Origin: Heteronotia binoei
Taxonomy: Eukaryota
Assembly: GCF_032191835.1 (NCBI RefSeq)
Contig: NC_083237.1
Coordinates: 44,826,001 to 44,890,000 of the forward strand
Length of the DNA: 64,000 nt
Reading direction: 5' to 3'
Shown: piece after piece, positions 25,173-38,322 of the stretch
Position numbering within the stretch: the first letter of the stretch is position 1
Layout: every line of letters begins with the position of its first letter
Position numbers and translations under genes: made by a program
The notes under the pieces: generated by a model
Told to the model about the DNA's origin: nothing
The model's input: only the letters and a program-made list of their open reading frames with translations
Database searches by the model: none

Positions 25173-26721
25173 GAGCAAGGCTAAATATTCCTGAGGGGAA
25201 TGGGCACCTGTAAGAATAACACCCTGGCTTCATTCTGTGGTCTAGGCCTTATTCTGGAAGATGGGTCTGTGAGGAAGCTTTACAGAACCAACAGTTCATT
25301 GGTTTTTTGGCAGCCATAACTATTCGCCATCTCAAAAAGTCCCTGATTGGTTGATTTGTTTCCTGCACCTCCCTTTTAATCGGGAAAGAAAAAAAGATTG
25401 GCCATCCTGAGCAATCGAGTGATCCATTGCCCAATCACGGAATCAGAGGGAATCATAAGGTCAGCTCCTTCAGGAACAGATGGGCCTGGTTTAAAAGGGA
25501 AGAAAACCCCTCAGTTTGCATCCAATTAAATAAAAACAAGGCAGTCTTTTCTGGGACTGGCTGGGGAGGACATTGAGCCAGGTTGGACTGGTCTGGTCTT
25601 AGCCTGTTAGTTAATGGGGCTCTGTCCCATTTGCCCTAATGGGCCAGCCTCCATTTGCCCATACACTTATATTTCTTTTACACAGAAAACTGCTGCTTTA
25701 GAGGAACAATGCAAATTGTTAACAAGACATGAAAAGCAAGGGCTAACCGTGCAAGACAGCAACTCTTCTTCTAGCTTCAAAGCCGTAGCATGGGCTAATA
25801 ATTAGTTTAAACACAAACATAAGATATGCTAATTATGCTTCCCTTGCATCCCATCTGTGTCAAGGCTGTGTGGCTAATCTCAAGGACAATCAGTGATTCC
25901 ATGGGGGGGGGGGTGTACAAAACATGTGCAGAACAGAGAACTTATGAAAGTGAGCCAAGCCACAGACTACAGACCAAGTCATGCATATGCTGTCGTGCAG
26001 AGACCTCCTCTTTCATAAAGCATATATATAACAGCACACATAAGGCACACAAAACCAACACCCCTGCCCTGGGCAGCCAAGATATACACAGAAAGGGCAT
26101 ATTACAACTAATTTGCTCTCTCACACTCCTCTCTTTCTCTCTCTCACTTAAAGGAACAAAACACAAGTCTCTTATACAAAAGGCACATACAGCCATACAC
26201 ACACAAAAACCCAAGAATCTGAACAGTGATGAACCTGTTGCAAAGCCTCTTTATCCCAGTCTGGTATAGCAGTACTAGGATCTGGAGTGCTGGTTTCAAA
26301 TCCCCACACTGTCACAAAAACTTACTGGGTGATCTTGGGCCAGTCAGTCTCAGCCTAGCCTACCTCGGAGCAGTTGTTGAGAGGATAAAATGGAGATAGA
26401 ATGATTTGGTAATGCACTTTAGTTCCCCACTGGGGAGAAAAGCAGGGTATAAATTTTTCAACAAATAGTCATGCAGTCTGCCAGTTCTTTCAATCTATGC
26501 CACCTTTCAGCAAAAAAAATTCCGAAAGCTGCATGCAGTATACACACGCACACATTCTCTCCCCCCCCCCCAATCAATTAAATCATCATCTAGATGGAAA
26601 TTATATTTTCTGTAGACTCTGACCCAGTGATGCACCAGTCCCTCTCCCCCAAAGCTGATGTTTTATAAGTGGCTCTAATTGGCAGATCCCAGTTAAAAAA
26701 TAAAGTGGATCACACACTTCT

Positions 26722-27498
26722 GAGAGCCAGTTTGGTGTAGTGGTTAAGGGCGCGGACTCAATCTGGGATAGGGTTGCCAAGTCCAATCCAAGAAATATCT
26801 GGGGACTTTGGGGGTGGAGCCAGAAGACATGAGGGGTGGGGCCAAGATCGAGGCTGTGACAAGCATAATTGAACTTCAAAGCGAGTTCTGGCCATCACAT
26901 TTAAAGGGACGGCACATCTTTTCAATTCCTTCCTTCCATAGGAAATAATGAAGGATAGGGGCACCTTCTTTTGGGGCTCATAGAATTGGACTCCCTGGTC
27001 CAATCTTTTTGAAACTTAGGGGGTATTTTGGGAAGAGGCACTAGATGCTATACTGAAAATTTCGTGCATCTACCGCAAGAAACAGCCCTCCCAGAGCTCC
27101 AGATACCCGTGGGTCAATTCTCCATGATTTTCTATGGGAATAAATCTCCATAGGGAATAATAGAGTTCCCAGCAGAAATTTCCCAGCAGAAATTTCTGAC
27201 AACCCTGAAACGGGGGGAGGGCCTCCAAACCGGGGGATCCCCTGCCCCCACCTGGGGATTGGCAACCCTAATCTGGGAGAACCAGGTTTGATTCCCCACT
27301 CCTCCACTTGCAGCTGCTGGAATGGCCTTGGGTCAGCCATAGCTATCACAGAGCTTGTCCTTGAAAGGGCAGCTTCTGAGAGAGCCTCTCAGCCCCACCT
27401 ACCTCCCAGGGAGTTTGTTGGGGAGGAAGATAAAGGAGATTGTGAGCTGCTCTGAGAATCTTGAGTGGAGGGTGAAATATAAATCCAATATCTTCTTT
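26722..27498 (+). mobile_element. Squam3-like SINE split by a hAT insertion
   Basis: Head gagagccagtttggtgtagtggttaag (26722-26768) resumes at 27271 atctgggagaaccaggtttgattcccc and runs to the tail aaatccaatatcttct. Confidence 0.85.
26769..27270. mobile_element. hAT non-autonomous transposon, 502 bp
   Basis: Perfect 12-bp TIR TAGGGTTGCCAA / TTGGCAACCCTA; perfect 8-bp TSD atctggga. Confidence 0.92.
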
Positions 27499-29964
27499 TC
27501 CGGACCTGGATCCACCTCAGATTGAGAATTTTTCCCCCTGCCCCTATCTTCATCAGTCAGACGAGAATAATTCCACTGTGCACCAAACCAGGTTCAGTTA
27601 GAAGCATTACTATTTTCAGCTTCTATTGATGAGGCCTATTGTAATGTGAGTTTAGCCAGCTCTTAAGTAAGCAAGAAGGCAGAAAAACAGGCACCTGTCC
27701 ATCTTACTTGGATTTGACAGCTCAGCTTCACACATTACAGAGTACACAGGTTGGGTCTGGAGTCCCCACCATTTATCAGACGTCCACCAACCCAACTCAT
27801 TTCACATGCAGTATCAGGGAACTACCATTCCCAAAGACTATGGGGCCAGACTTGGCTCATGAGTGTGGTACAAAAGGAGAAGGGGGTTCATCTTCCCTCT
27901 CATGCCATTTTCCCCATGGGGAAGGCAACTGTTTGGTCTGCCCTTCTACCCCTTTGCCAAACTCATGAGCTCTATCTGGAGCTGCAGCGAGTCAGATCAC
28001 AGGAACCCTGACCCAGTTTGTCTCACAGGTATGATCTAGTTGACCTCTCAGGAAATAAACTGAAAGCCCTGGAGCCTGTCCGCACACACACACACACTCC
28101 AGAACTGGTAAGGTACGTTTCCAATAATGTATTCCAGCCAGCAGCCTCCCTGCTGCACTTGGGGTCAGTGGAAGTTTCCGAACAATGTTCAAAGGAGCCC
28201 CAAACACAGTGTGCTGCTGTAATCTAATCTGGGTGTGATTGGAGAACCGATAGCCGTAGACAGATCTTGATTTTCCTGGAAAAGGTGCAGCTGGCAAAGT
28301 TGGCTAAAGGCGGGGCATATCACAGATGAGACCCAAGATTTCATCTGGAAACACAGGCCGAATTGTACCTCCAGGAAGCAAACTTACTCTGTCAAGGAAA
28401 AGGTAACTGTTTTTAGAAGGCACTGATGTGAGGGCCGATTTCAACATTGCAAAGCTCACAAGTTCAGTCCAGGTGTTCTTCCCTCTGTCCTTGAGTATAA
28501 CAATTGCATGTGAGTTCCTCAATTCCTCTGTGCGTAGTGGCTGATTCAGACCATGGTTCCTGAAGAAGGGACGTCAGACTTCTCCTCTCTCTACCATTTT
28601 CCTGACCTGAAACAATTTGTCCTGTTGGGAAACCCACTAGTTTTCATGTTGGTTTCCCTCATCGGCCAAATAGTGCTCCCCGGACTATTGCAGGGGTTCC
28701 CAGCCTTTTTGAACCTGAGGGCACCTTTAGAATTCTGATGCAGCAGGATGGGCACAGCCACAAGTAGCTGTTGTGGGAGGTGGAGGCAGACACAAAAGGG
28801 CTGCTTTAGTCAAGATCCTTGTACTGTGTGGGCAACTGCTGCCAAAATAACACCTTAAAAATTCATATAGCTGATCAGACCTCCAGTAAACAGAAACCTT
28901 GCTGGGCAAAACCCTCACCTGGACCTGCCCACTTTCTAAAAACGTGGCGGGCACCAGAAAAGTGTTGGCAGGCGTAATGGCACCCATGGGCAGCATGTTG
29001 AGGGCCTCTGGTGGGGGACACTGATTCCCCTTCTGACATGCATGCTGCAGTCACTGCATGCAGGGAGATTTTGGAACTGTTACAAAGGCCATAGGGCTGA
29101 GAGTCTTGGGATCACAGACACAAACCTACTCTGTATTGAGAAGATCAGCCCCCCACAATTAGCAATCAGTGGGATGTCAATCTGGACAGAGTCTCACCCA
29201 TAAACAAACCGCCACCACTGCTTGATACCTCAAAAACTATGCCACCAGTACTGTCACCTTAAGAACCAGCAAGATGCCACCGTCTATGATGTGTATAGCA
29301 GCCTGACCCTGTGGAAGCTAGGGAAAGAAAGGAGGTATCATCCCCAAAGAAAAGTGTGTTTTTTTATATATGAAAGGAGGGGGGAAGAATGCTGTACTGA
29401 TTAGGCAGGAGTGTTCTCCAGTCCACCAAAACCCATTCTGGGCAAAACTCTATAGTCTGAGGCTGGTTTTACCAAAGAGTTTCCCTCAAAAACCAGAGTG
29501 TTGCCTCCCAATGTGCCTATGTCACTTCCAGTGATACGAGGACACTGCATGAGGACATTGCATGAGACATTCCAGCTCCTGAAATGTCCTGCCCCACTGT
29601 CATCTTTGAGGGAACTGGCAACCCTAACCACAATCCAGTTGATAGTCAGCAGATGTTATTTCCACCATTACATTAGAAATGGGGTCCCCTACCCTGTTGA
29701 GTCTAAGCAGTTTTTTTTTTGGATTCCTGAAGAGCGGGCACAAGCACAAAATGGCTGCCATGTGGCCAATCACGAAATGTTGGGCAGGCAGTTACAAGCC
29801 AAACATCTTCCTATCCCTGCTTTTGACAGAGAGATACAGACACAGAAATGATGCCTCTTGGGCTCTACTCAACCACTTCCTCCAGTGAGGTGAAGAAAAG
29901 CCAGAACTGGCTCTTTGCTTTCAGGAACAATTGTTTTGGGGAATAAGGATGTGGGTGCCAGGAG

Positions 29965-30158
29965 CAGTGTTCCCTCTAGACTAAGTTAGTGTGAGCTAGC
30001 TCACAGTTTTTTAGCTTCTGGCTCACTCGTTTTTGTCTTAGCTCAGGAAAAATGGCCCCAGAACAAACTAATGTATGCAGTAGCTGACAACCGTAATGCT
30101 AGTAGCTCATGAAGTAGAATTTTTGCTCGCAAGACACCACAGCTTAGAGGGAGTATTG
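29965..30158. mobile_element. hAT MITE (CAGTGTTCCCTCTA-TIR family)
   Basis: TIRs CAGTGTTCCCTCTA / TAGAGGGAGTATTG; perfect 8-bp TSD gccaggag. Confidence 0.88.
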
Positions 30159-30851
30159 GCCAGGAGACAGACTGGCAGGCGCCATGTTGGGGATCGCTGT
30201 GGTAAAGGTAGGTTTCAGCTCTGCCTGACAGACTGAGGTCACTGCTTACTCATCATCATATCGGAACTATATTAATGCAGTCTTACTTAGCATAGTTTAC
30301 TGTGAACAACTGGAGATGGGTGTGCTGTACTTCTCTGCATTCTGGGTCAACCCTCATTGGCTAGCTAGGGATGTGGAAAGCTAGGGATATTGTTGCTGAG
30401 GACAGAGCTTCTATTTTAGTATTCTAGTCTATCACAGGAACATTTCCATAATTCTAAGCATTGTGAAGGTTGACCTTGGACTGACAACTTTGACAGTTTC
30501 CTTGGATGGAGCCCCAGAGATAGGGAATAATGAAGGGGGAAAGATAAATATGGGAGGAAAGTTAATCGAAGAAATAGCCACCTCAGAAAGTGACCCATAA
30601 AGCTGTACATGTGCCATAGAGCACTTTTCAGTTCCTCTCCTGCCTCCAGCATGAACATAGGAAAAACCAAAAAGCAATTTCCAATGCATTTGTTTGTTTT
30701 CTGCCACTGATTGAAAGCCTCACAAGAAGGTTGATTTATACAATCTCATTTCAGCCTTCCTGAATGTATGAGTGGCTTTGTCCTGTCGCTTTACACTTCC
30801 CTAGACATGTTTCTTTTTCTTCTCGTCCAGGTCTCCGCCGCACAGGGAGTG

Positions 30852-31466
30852 ATGCTTATTCTGTTCCATGTCATGATCACCCCACTGCTCTGTGTCACCT
30901 GCACTGCACCCCTTCCCAATAACAGTGCCCTCCCCAACACTACTGAGGCCCTCTGGGCTGAGACCCCTCTTGGGGACTGGGACCTCTTCTCTCCCCGCGT
31001 CACGCTTTCTAACCACCAGCCGATTGACCCCCCGTTGCTTTTTCTCATGGAAGACTCTGGCACCCACCCGGGGCAGGCTGCTAACAGGACACTGAAGTTG
31101 AAACGGTCACTGGAGGGGACCATACGGCGAGGGGAGATGTCAGTGTGCGACAGCGTCAACGTCTGGGTGACAGACAAACGGACGGCGGTGGACATTCGTG
31201 GCAAAACTGTGACGGTGCTTTCAGAGGTCCAGACGCTGACGGGGCCGCTCAAGCAATATTTCTTTGAGACCAAGTGTAACCCTGCGGGGGGCACGGTGAG
31301 CGGCTGTCGTGGCGTGGATCGACGCCACTGGATCTCTGAGTGCAAGGCTAAACAGTCATATGTGAGGGCGCTCACTATGGATTCCGACAAGATTGTGGCC
31401 TGGCGCTGGATCCGAATCGACACCTCCTGTGTCTGCACTCTGCTCACTCGCACTGGCCGGACGTAG
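30852..31466 (+). CDS. NTF4: Neurotrophin-4 prepro-protein, single coding exon, 204 aa
   Basis: Signal peptide [20 protein letters not shown]; pro motif [13 protein letters not shown]; NRT sequon then KLKR cleavage site; mature [23 protein letters not shown]...KQYFFETKC...[22 protein letters not shown]...[21 protein letters not shown] with six Cys, close to recalled amphibian NT-4; acceptor ttctcgtccag at 30830; synteny with LHB. Confidence 0.96.
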   Translation: MLILFHVMITPLLCVTCTAPLPNNSALPNTTEALWAETPLGDWDLFSPRVTLSNHQPIDPPLLFLMEDSGTHPGQAANRTLKLKRSLEGTIRRGEMSVCDSVNVWVTDKRTAVDIRGKTVTVLSEVQTLTGPLKQYFFETKCNPAGGTVSGCRGVDRRHWISECKAKQSYVRALTMDSDKIVAWRWIRIDTSCVCTLLTRTGRT

Positions 31467-33519
31467 GGAAGTGGGGGAAAGGGGTGTTGTCCATGTTTTC
31501 TCATTGGCACAGCAGTGGATGGTGTTCAGCTATGGATTGGCATAGTCCCTAAGCCCAACATCATCTCTAAATGGCCAAGGGGACATGCACGGCATTCCCA
31601 CTGTCCAGGAAGATGGGGGTGCAGTCCCTGCTCATAGACAGGTTCCCATGTGTTGGCTCACAGGTCCTCCAGCCAAGGTTGGATTCCACAGTATCACTAT
31701 ACCTGTAGAGCACAGCCCATTGGCTGACTGCCTTCATCCCAAGATTGGAGAAGTGAATGTTCTGCACTGCTGGAAAGTGACCCTGGAAGATTTGTTGGAC
31801 CAGATGGGGAAAGGGGAAAAAAAATCTATTTGGGAGAATGCCACAAAGATAAACAGAATTCTTGAGTGACTAATGATCAAATGGGCACTTGTGGTCGCTT
31901 CATGTGACCAGGGCATTGTTGACTTGGAGGGAACTCTTGGTTTAGACCACCTTTTCCTGCAAAACCTTCCTTTTTGGCCTTGGACTGCACGGTGGACTTC
32001 AGTGCATCTGTCTGTAGGTATGGGCTGTTCCATCTGCTGTTTTCTGAACTCTGAACCCCTTGGTAAATCTTTCTGTCGCTACCTATCCACCAAGGTTCCC
32101 CTGTATGTGATAGAAAGTTCTGGGGCATATTGTTGAGTGCAAATGACCTGCCAGCCATGCCTGCTAAGCCCCACAATTGCCATAGGCACCATTGCTACAT
32201 AGTGTGCCCCTACAGCATAGCCACCATTCCCTTTTGGCTGTGGTTTGGAGGGAAGCCCAGGGGTCTGGGAAACTGATCTACTGTTACCAATATTGCCATT
32301 CTGGAACTCCTGATGCCTTCCAAAGGAATCCCAGAGTTCTGGGAACCCCATTTAGAAAACCACTGTGCTCGATCTGAGTTACCTCTGGAATCCCATCCCA
32401 CCCCCTCGCTTTCTTCCCCTCTCTTCATATTTATTACCTCCCCTTCCCTGCCCTCCGGCTGTGTCTGAACCCACGCTGCCATTTTAATTGTTAACTTATT
32501 TGTGTACCTCACTCTTTGCAAGAAATAATTTCTCGGGAAAGAAACATGGTGGGGGGAGGATGAAAAGAATGAGAAGCATGCCTGCTACTTCACACGGGGT
32601 GTCTTGAACGATGCACACGCTTTGGCGAATGTGGCAGATGGAGTGCCTTGGGAATGAAAGTCATGCTACCACAAGCTCGCTAATGTCTCCCCGTCCCAAC
32701 AAGTTGCATTCTGCATACATGGAGAAATATCACCATCATCCTACGGCTCTGTGATAAGCCCACCAACCCACCCCGCCTCACTAAATGACAGAGAGAAAGA
32801 CCCCCAGCCTGCCTCTCTGCCTGGAATTCAAAAAGGGAAAATGTCCATGACTGACACCCAATGGGAAGAAGTGAAATTGCAAGACCCTTTCTTGAAAGGG
32901 GCTGCCGTTTCAGAGTGATGCTACAGGCCAAACTACACTATAGGATGCTGTTAAAGTCTGCACATAGTGCAAGGGAGGCCTTCTCTTGAGCCTCTCAGTG
33001 GGGAATTACTTGCATAACTTTGGAACTGCAAGTGGAGTTGTCAACCTGCTCCCAAACATAATTGGATAGCTTTGGCTGTGAGATGACTGGCTTGGACTTA
33101 GGTTGCCAGGTCTGTGCTGGAAAATACCTGAAGACTTTGGGGGTGGATCCTGAAGAGGGTGGGGTTTGGAGAGGGGAAGGGCCTCAGGAGGGTACAGCGC
33201 CATAGAGTCCACCCTTCAAAGCAGCCATTCTCTCCAGGGGAGCTGTTCTCTACTAGCAAGAGATCAGCTGTAAAAGCAGGGGATTTCCAGTCTGCACCTG
33301 GAGGCTGAGAACCCTCAGCTTGGTAAGCAGCAAGAGAGTTAGACTGGAGTCTAAGAGCACCTTAGTGACTAACAAGATTTTCAGGGTAGTAGCTTTTGAG
33401 AGTCAAAGTTCCCTTTGTCAGACACAGTTTGAAAGCTTAAAACTCTTGTTGGTGTCTAAGGCCCTCCTGGACTCCAGGCTAGCTGTTTTACTGCAGACAA
33501 CACAGCTACCCTCTGAAAT

Positions 33520-33799
33520 GATGATATTGGATTTATATCCCACTCTATACTCTGAATCTCAGAGTCTCAGAGCAGTCACAATCTTCTTTACCTTCTTCCC
33601 ACCCCCCACAGCAGACACCCTGTGAGGTAGATGGGGCTCAGAGAGCTCTTATAACAGCTGCCCGTTCAAGGACAACTCCTGCGAGAGCTATGGTTGATCC
33701 AAGGCCATTTCAGCAGCTGCAAGTGGAGGAGTGGGGAATCAGACCTGGTTCTCCCAGATAAGAGTCCGTGCACTTAACCACTACACCAAATTGGCTTTC
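33520..33799 (-). mobile_element. Squam3-like SINE, long form
   Basis: atattggatttatatccc...ggttctcccagataagagtccgtgcacttaaccactacaccaaattggctttc. Confidence 0.85.
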
Positions 33800-34199
33800 A
33801 AACAAGCAAGAGATTGTTACATGATGCAAGATTTCTGTGTGGAAGCAGGCAATTTGTTTCCTTTAAAGGGCTACAAGCCCATTTAAATAAATACGGACAA
33901 TGGTTCTGGTCAGTATCACGTCACTCTGCTTAACAGAATTTGAAGCCATCCTCCAATTTCCAATGAAGGAAAGAGCTAATTTAAGCTGGAGGAAGCTTTA
34001 GGAGAGAGGTTGTGGCTGAGTGGTAACACATCTGCTTGGTATGCAGAAGGTCCCTGGTTCAATCCCCGACACCTCCAGTTAAATTAGGGTTGCCAACCGT
34101 CAATTGGTGAACGGAAATCTCCTGGGATGACAGCTGATCTCCAGGTGACAGATGCCAGTTCCTCGTGAGAAAATGGCTACTTTGGAAGGTGTATTCTAG

Positions 34200-35467
34200 A
34201 ATAATAATAATAAAATTTTATTTATATCCCGCCCTGAGCCGCCGAAGCGGGCTCAGGGCGGCTAACAACATTTTCATAAAATTATACAGAGTTTAAAATC
34301 GCATTAGCTTTAAAGCGTTCCCGTTAACCAAGTACTATACAGATTTCCAGGTGCTAATTCCATTTATAGATGATAATAGCGAAAGTCACCCAACAGCGGT
34401 CTCTCAGCCAGCAAAGGCCATCCTGAAAAGGCCCTGCGGAACTGGTCAAGGCACCGCAGGGCTCGCACTTCTTCCGGGAGCTGGTTCCATAGGTGTGGAG
34501 CTGCGATGGAGAAGGCCCGTATACGAGTGTTTTGAAGTTTGGCCTCCTTTGGTCCAGGGATAGTCAGCTGGTTCTTCCCTGCTGACCTCAGTGCCCTCTG
34601 GGGTTCGTATGGGGAGAGACGGTCCCTCAGGTAGGCAGGTCCTCGGCCATATAGGGCTTTAAAGGTAATAACCAGCACTTTGTAACGAACCCAGTAGGTA
34701 ACTGGCAACCAGGGCAGCTCGCATAGCCCCGGCTGTATGTGCTCCCACTTCGGGAGCTCTAATATCAGCCTAGCCGCCGCGTTCTGCACCAGCTGCAACC
34801 TCCGGGTTCGGCACAGAGGCAGCCCCATGTAGAGGGCATTACAGTAATCCAATCTTGAGGTGACCATTGCATGGATCACTGTTGCTAGGTCCTGGCGCTC
34901 CAGGAAGGGAGCCAACTGCTTTGCCCGCTTCAGGTGGAAAAACGCCGACTTGGCAGTGGCTGCTATCTGAGCCTCCATTGATAGTGAAGGCTCCAATAGG
35001 ACTCCCAAGCTCTTGACCCGGTGCGCCGCTTTCAGAGGCACACCGTCAAAAACTGGGAGAGGGATTTCCCTCCCCAGGGCGCTGCGACCCACACAAAGGA
35101 CCTCTGTCTTTGTCGGGTTCAGCTTCAGCCCACTCAGCCTAAGCCAAGTTGCCACAGCCTGCAATGCCAGGTCCAAATTCCCTGGAACGCAGTCAGGCCG
35201 GCCGTCCATTAGCAGATAGAGCTGGGTGTCGTCTGCATATTGGTGACACCCAAGCCCATACCTCCGGGCAATCTGGGCAAGGGGGCGCATATAGATATTA
35301 AATAGCGTCAGGGAGAGAACTGCTCCCTGCGGCACCCCACAATCAAGTGTGTGCTTCTGGGACAGCTCACCCCCGATTGCCACCCTTTGTCCCCAACCCT
35401 TGAGGAAGGAGGAAAGCCATTGTAGGGCTAGCCCCCCAACCCCTATGTCGGCAAGGCGGCGGGTCAT
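34200..35467 (-). mobile_element. 5'-truncated L2 LINE (RT C-half and 3' tail) inserted into a TAGGGTTGCC MITE
   Basis: ORF 34364-35476 has GVPQGAVLS, YADDTQLY, LNPTKTE, SRLDYCNALY, LQLVQNAAARL, HI..L.WLP, RAFS.AAP.LWN.LP; 3' hairpin gccctgagccgccgaagcgggctcagggc and (TTA)n tail; MITE halves at about 34083-34199 and 35470-35560. Confidence 0.93.
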
Positions 35468-35614
35468 TATGAACATTATGGTCCCTCCCCTCCATAAACC
35501 CCACCATCCTCAGACTCCTCTGGCAAAATCTTAACGAAATTCCCAGCCTGGAACCCCAAGTTAAATGGATCAGGTAGATGGGGAGGTGAAAGGCCTCAGC
35601 CTGAAACCCTAGAT

Positions 35615-35752
35615 CAAGGGTGGCCAACGGTAGCTCTCCAAATGTTTTTTTTGCCTACAACTCCCATCAGCCCCAGCCATTGGCCATGCTGGCTGGGGCT
35701 GATGGGAGTTGTAGGCAAAAAACATCTGGAGAGCTACCGTTGGCCACCCCTG
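35615..35752. mobile_element. Palindromic hAT MITE, 138 bp
   Basis: Almost fully self-complementary; TIR CA(A/G)GGGTGGCCAACGG; perfect TSD ccctagat. Confidence 0.92.
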
Positions 35753-38129
35753 CCCTAGATAGCTGCTGCTACTTGGGAGCAGACCAGTGATACTCAGTGA
35801 TTTTAGGAACCACAGCTGGCTCTTTGACATGTTCCCCCTGTGGCTCATCTGAACACCATTCTCCAGCATGGCACCTGCTCCATGGTCCAGGAAAACCAGA
35901 CTGTGGCACAGTATGGGTTGTGTTTGGCTGCTGGTTCTCACTTATGACCAAGAGAGGTTCTAAGCATGCTGTTCTAACCCCACCCCCCACCGCGTTTCTT
36001 GCAACACTTGAGTTCAACTTGAAGGGAAGGAACATAAGGACGCGTTTATCTTTTAACATCCAGCCTAATAAAGAGTTCTGGAGAACTTGAAAGCGTGTGC
36101 GCTGTGTTGTGTCTTAAGGCTGACTTGGAAGCCCTTCCCTTTGCTTCAGTGACACAAGGGCAGGCTAAGTTTCCACAGGGATAGGGAGAGGCCCTACTCA
36201 GGGGTCCTCTGGTTGTCAAAAAGGTCGTTTTTTGCGTTTAATATGAACAATTATATCTTTTCTCTGTGTTTGATGGCTTGGTGGAAATGGCATACAGTAG
36301 TCACATGGCTCTTCAGGTGGATGGTCACTGCACATGGGTCTCTCTGTGAGCCATGGAATTTGGGGTGCCAACTCTGAACTGGGAGCTATCTGGAGACTTT
36401 GGAGGTGGAGTCTGGGCAGGGCGGGTACAATGCCATACAGTCTACCCTCCAAAGCAGCCATTTTCTCCAGGGGAAATGATCTCTGTAATCTGGAGATTAG
36501 CTGTAATTCCAGGAGATGTCCAGGCCCTACCTGGAGGTTCACAGCCCTAAGTACCGCTGGAGAAGACCCTACAGACCTGCAGGCTAGTCCCAAGGAATAT
36601 CAACAAGTCTACGCCGGAGAACTCAAAAGATGTACAATACAGGTAACAGATGGAGCCGGTCACTTAAAAAGGTATTATATAGTGGGTTCTATGCATGAAG
36701 GAGTCACCAGTTGAGTGATAACAAGCTCTTTAATAGACGTGGCATAGTATAAGGCTACATTACAAAACTGGGGCTGGGGCCAACAGGCCAAACTTATCTC
36801 TGGGTTCCCATGCAAGCACATTATTGGATCATTCAAACCGGTGGGGCTTGTGATTGGTCTAGAGCTGCAGAGATTTGGATCCTGCGGCCCTTTGTTCTCT
36901 AGTCTCCAAGCTCAGACTGTATGACTCCAATGAGCCAGGCAGGAACACCCAAAGTCTTCACTTGAGTCCACATACATAACAGTGAGCCAAGCTGCAAAGG
37001 ATAAGTGGTACACATCTGCAATCCCCCAGAGACATGAGAGAAATAGTTATTCCTATAAACGTAAGAGACACACAAAGCTGCCTCCCCTCCCAAGAATATA
37101 GATCTAGGTGGGTAGCCGTGTTGATCTGAAGCAACAGAATAAAGTTAGAGTCCTTTAAGGCCAACAAGTTTTATTCAAGGTATAAGCTTCCATGTGTACC
37201 CACACACTTCTTCAGATACAATGAAATGGGAGAAAACCATTCAAACTTATAGAGAGGGTTGGCAGGGGGATGGGGACAAATGAGCATATAACATGATGTA
37301 GGCATTTTGAGACAAAGCACTTGGCTTATTGTCCCTGCTTTGTCTCAAAATGTCTACATCATGTTATATTCTAATTTGGGATTTTTCTCCCAACCCTATC
37401 TATAAATTTGAACGGTTTTCTCCCATTTCTTTGTACCTGAAAGCCTGCGTGTACACACGAAAGCCTAGACTTGAAATCCAACGTATACTGCACATCGGTG
37501 GCACGTGGTGGGTAAACAGATCTTTCTGCAAACCTGGGGGGCTCCCCAGCTTTGCAAAAAAATCTGAACCCTTTTTAAAAAATCTTGGAGGGGGGGTGAA
37601 ATTTCCCTCAAAGTAAAAACTGCCGCTAGCGCATGCGCAGATAGCCGACCTACCTCCTTGGTGGCTGACCTCCCCGCAGCCTACTGGATGGTTTAGAGGC
37701 CACCGCTAGGTCCTTCCCACAGGCTTCAGGAAACCACACAAGCTGCTGCGGCCACCGCAACACCGGGGTCCCTCCCGTGACCAACAGGACTCCCCAGAAG
37801 CCCCCGCTGCCAGGTCCCTGCCGCAGTCTCCCTGAGGCACCGCTTCCCTCACCCCTTCCTTGGACTAATGCCCTGAAAGGGAAGGGAGGGGAGGAGGCAT
37901 CTCACCCTGTCCCCTCACCTGTGGCTGGAGAAGAGGAAGCAAGTAAGGGAGGAAATACCCCCTTCCCACAAGTTTCTTGTGGGTCTTCCATTTGTACAGG
38001 CAGAATACAACAACAGCTCTTTCATCCAGTGGGTACATAGGGCACGTATACATATATACTACACACAAATAGGAAGAGTTGCATCAGTGCTTAGTTCTCA
38101 TGGCCATTCATACCCAGGGAAACGCTGAT

Positions 38130-38322
38130 TGCCACTTTGGGAGTCAAAAAGCAATTTTTCTCCAGGCCAGTTTGACCAGGGATCCTGGAGGGGTTTTTGC
38201 CATCTTTTGAGCATGGAGCAAGGGTCACTGGGGGTGTGGCGGGGAGGTATTTGTGGATTTCCTGCACTGTGCTGGGAGTTGGATTAGATTACCCTGGAGG
38301 TCCTTTCCAACTCTATGATTCT
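38130..38322 (+). mobile_element. CR1 LINE 3' end
   Basis: ggatttcctgcactgtgctgggagttggattagattaccctggaggtcctttccaactctatgattcta. Confidence 0.8.

Noticed and set aside
28029-28108. LRR-like peptide VDLSGNKLKALEP between ag and gt sites
   Set aside because: Single isolated motif containing a (CA)n tract; no companion exons found
30768-30851. N-terminal extension of the NTF4 ORF in the ORF track (also 41701-41838 for the paralog)
   Set aside because: Runs through the polypyrimidine tract and acceptor; the family signal peptide starts at MLILF in both
30791-31510. 239-aa antisense ORF over NTF4
   Set aside because: Shadow of the GC-rich coding strand; no homology or splice support
21732-37538. 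Exact 22-bp match (cagatctttctgcaaacctggg) at 21732 and 37517 as evidence that upstream DNA was co-duplicated with NTF4
   Set aside because: Flanks do not extend convincingly; more likely remnants of a dispersed repeat
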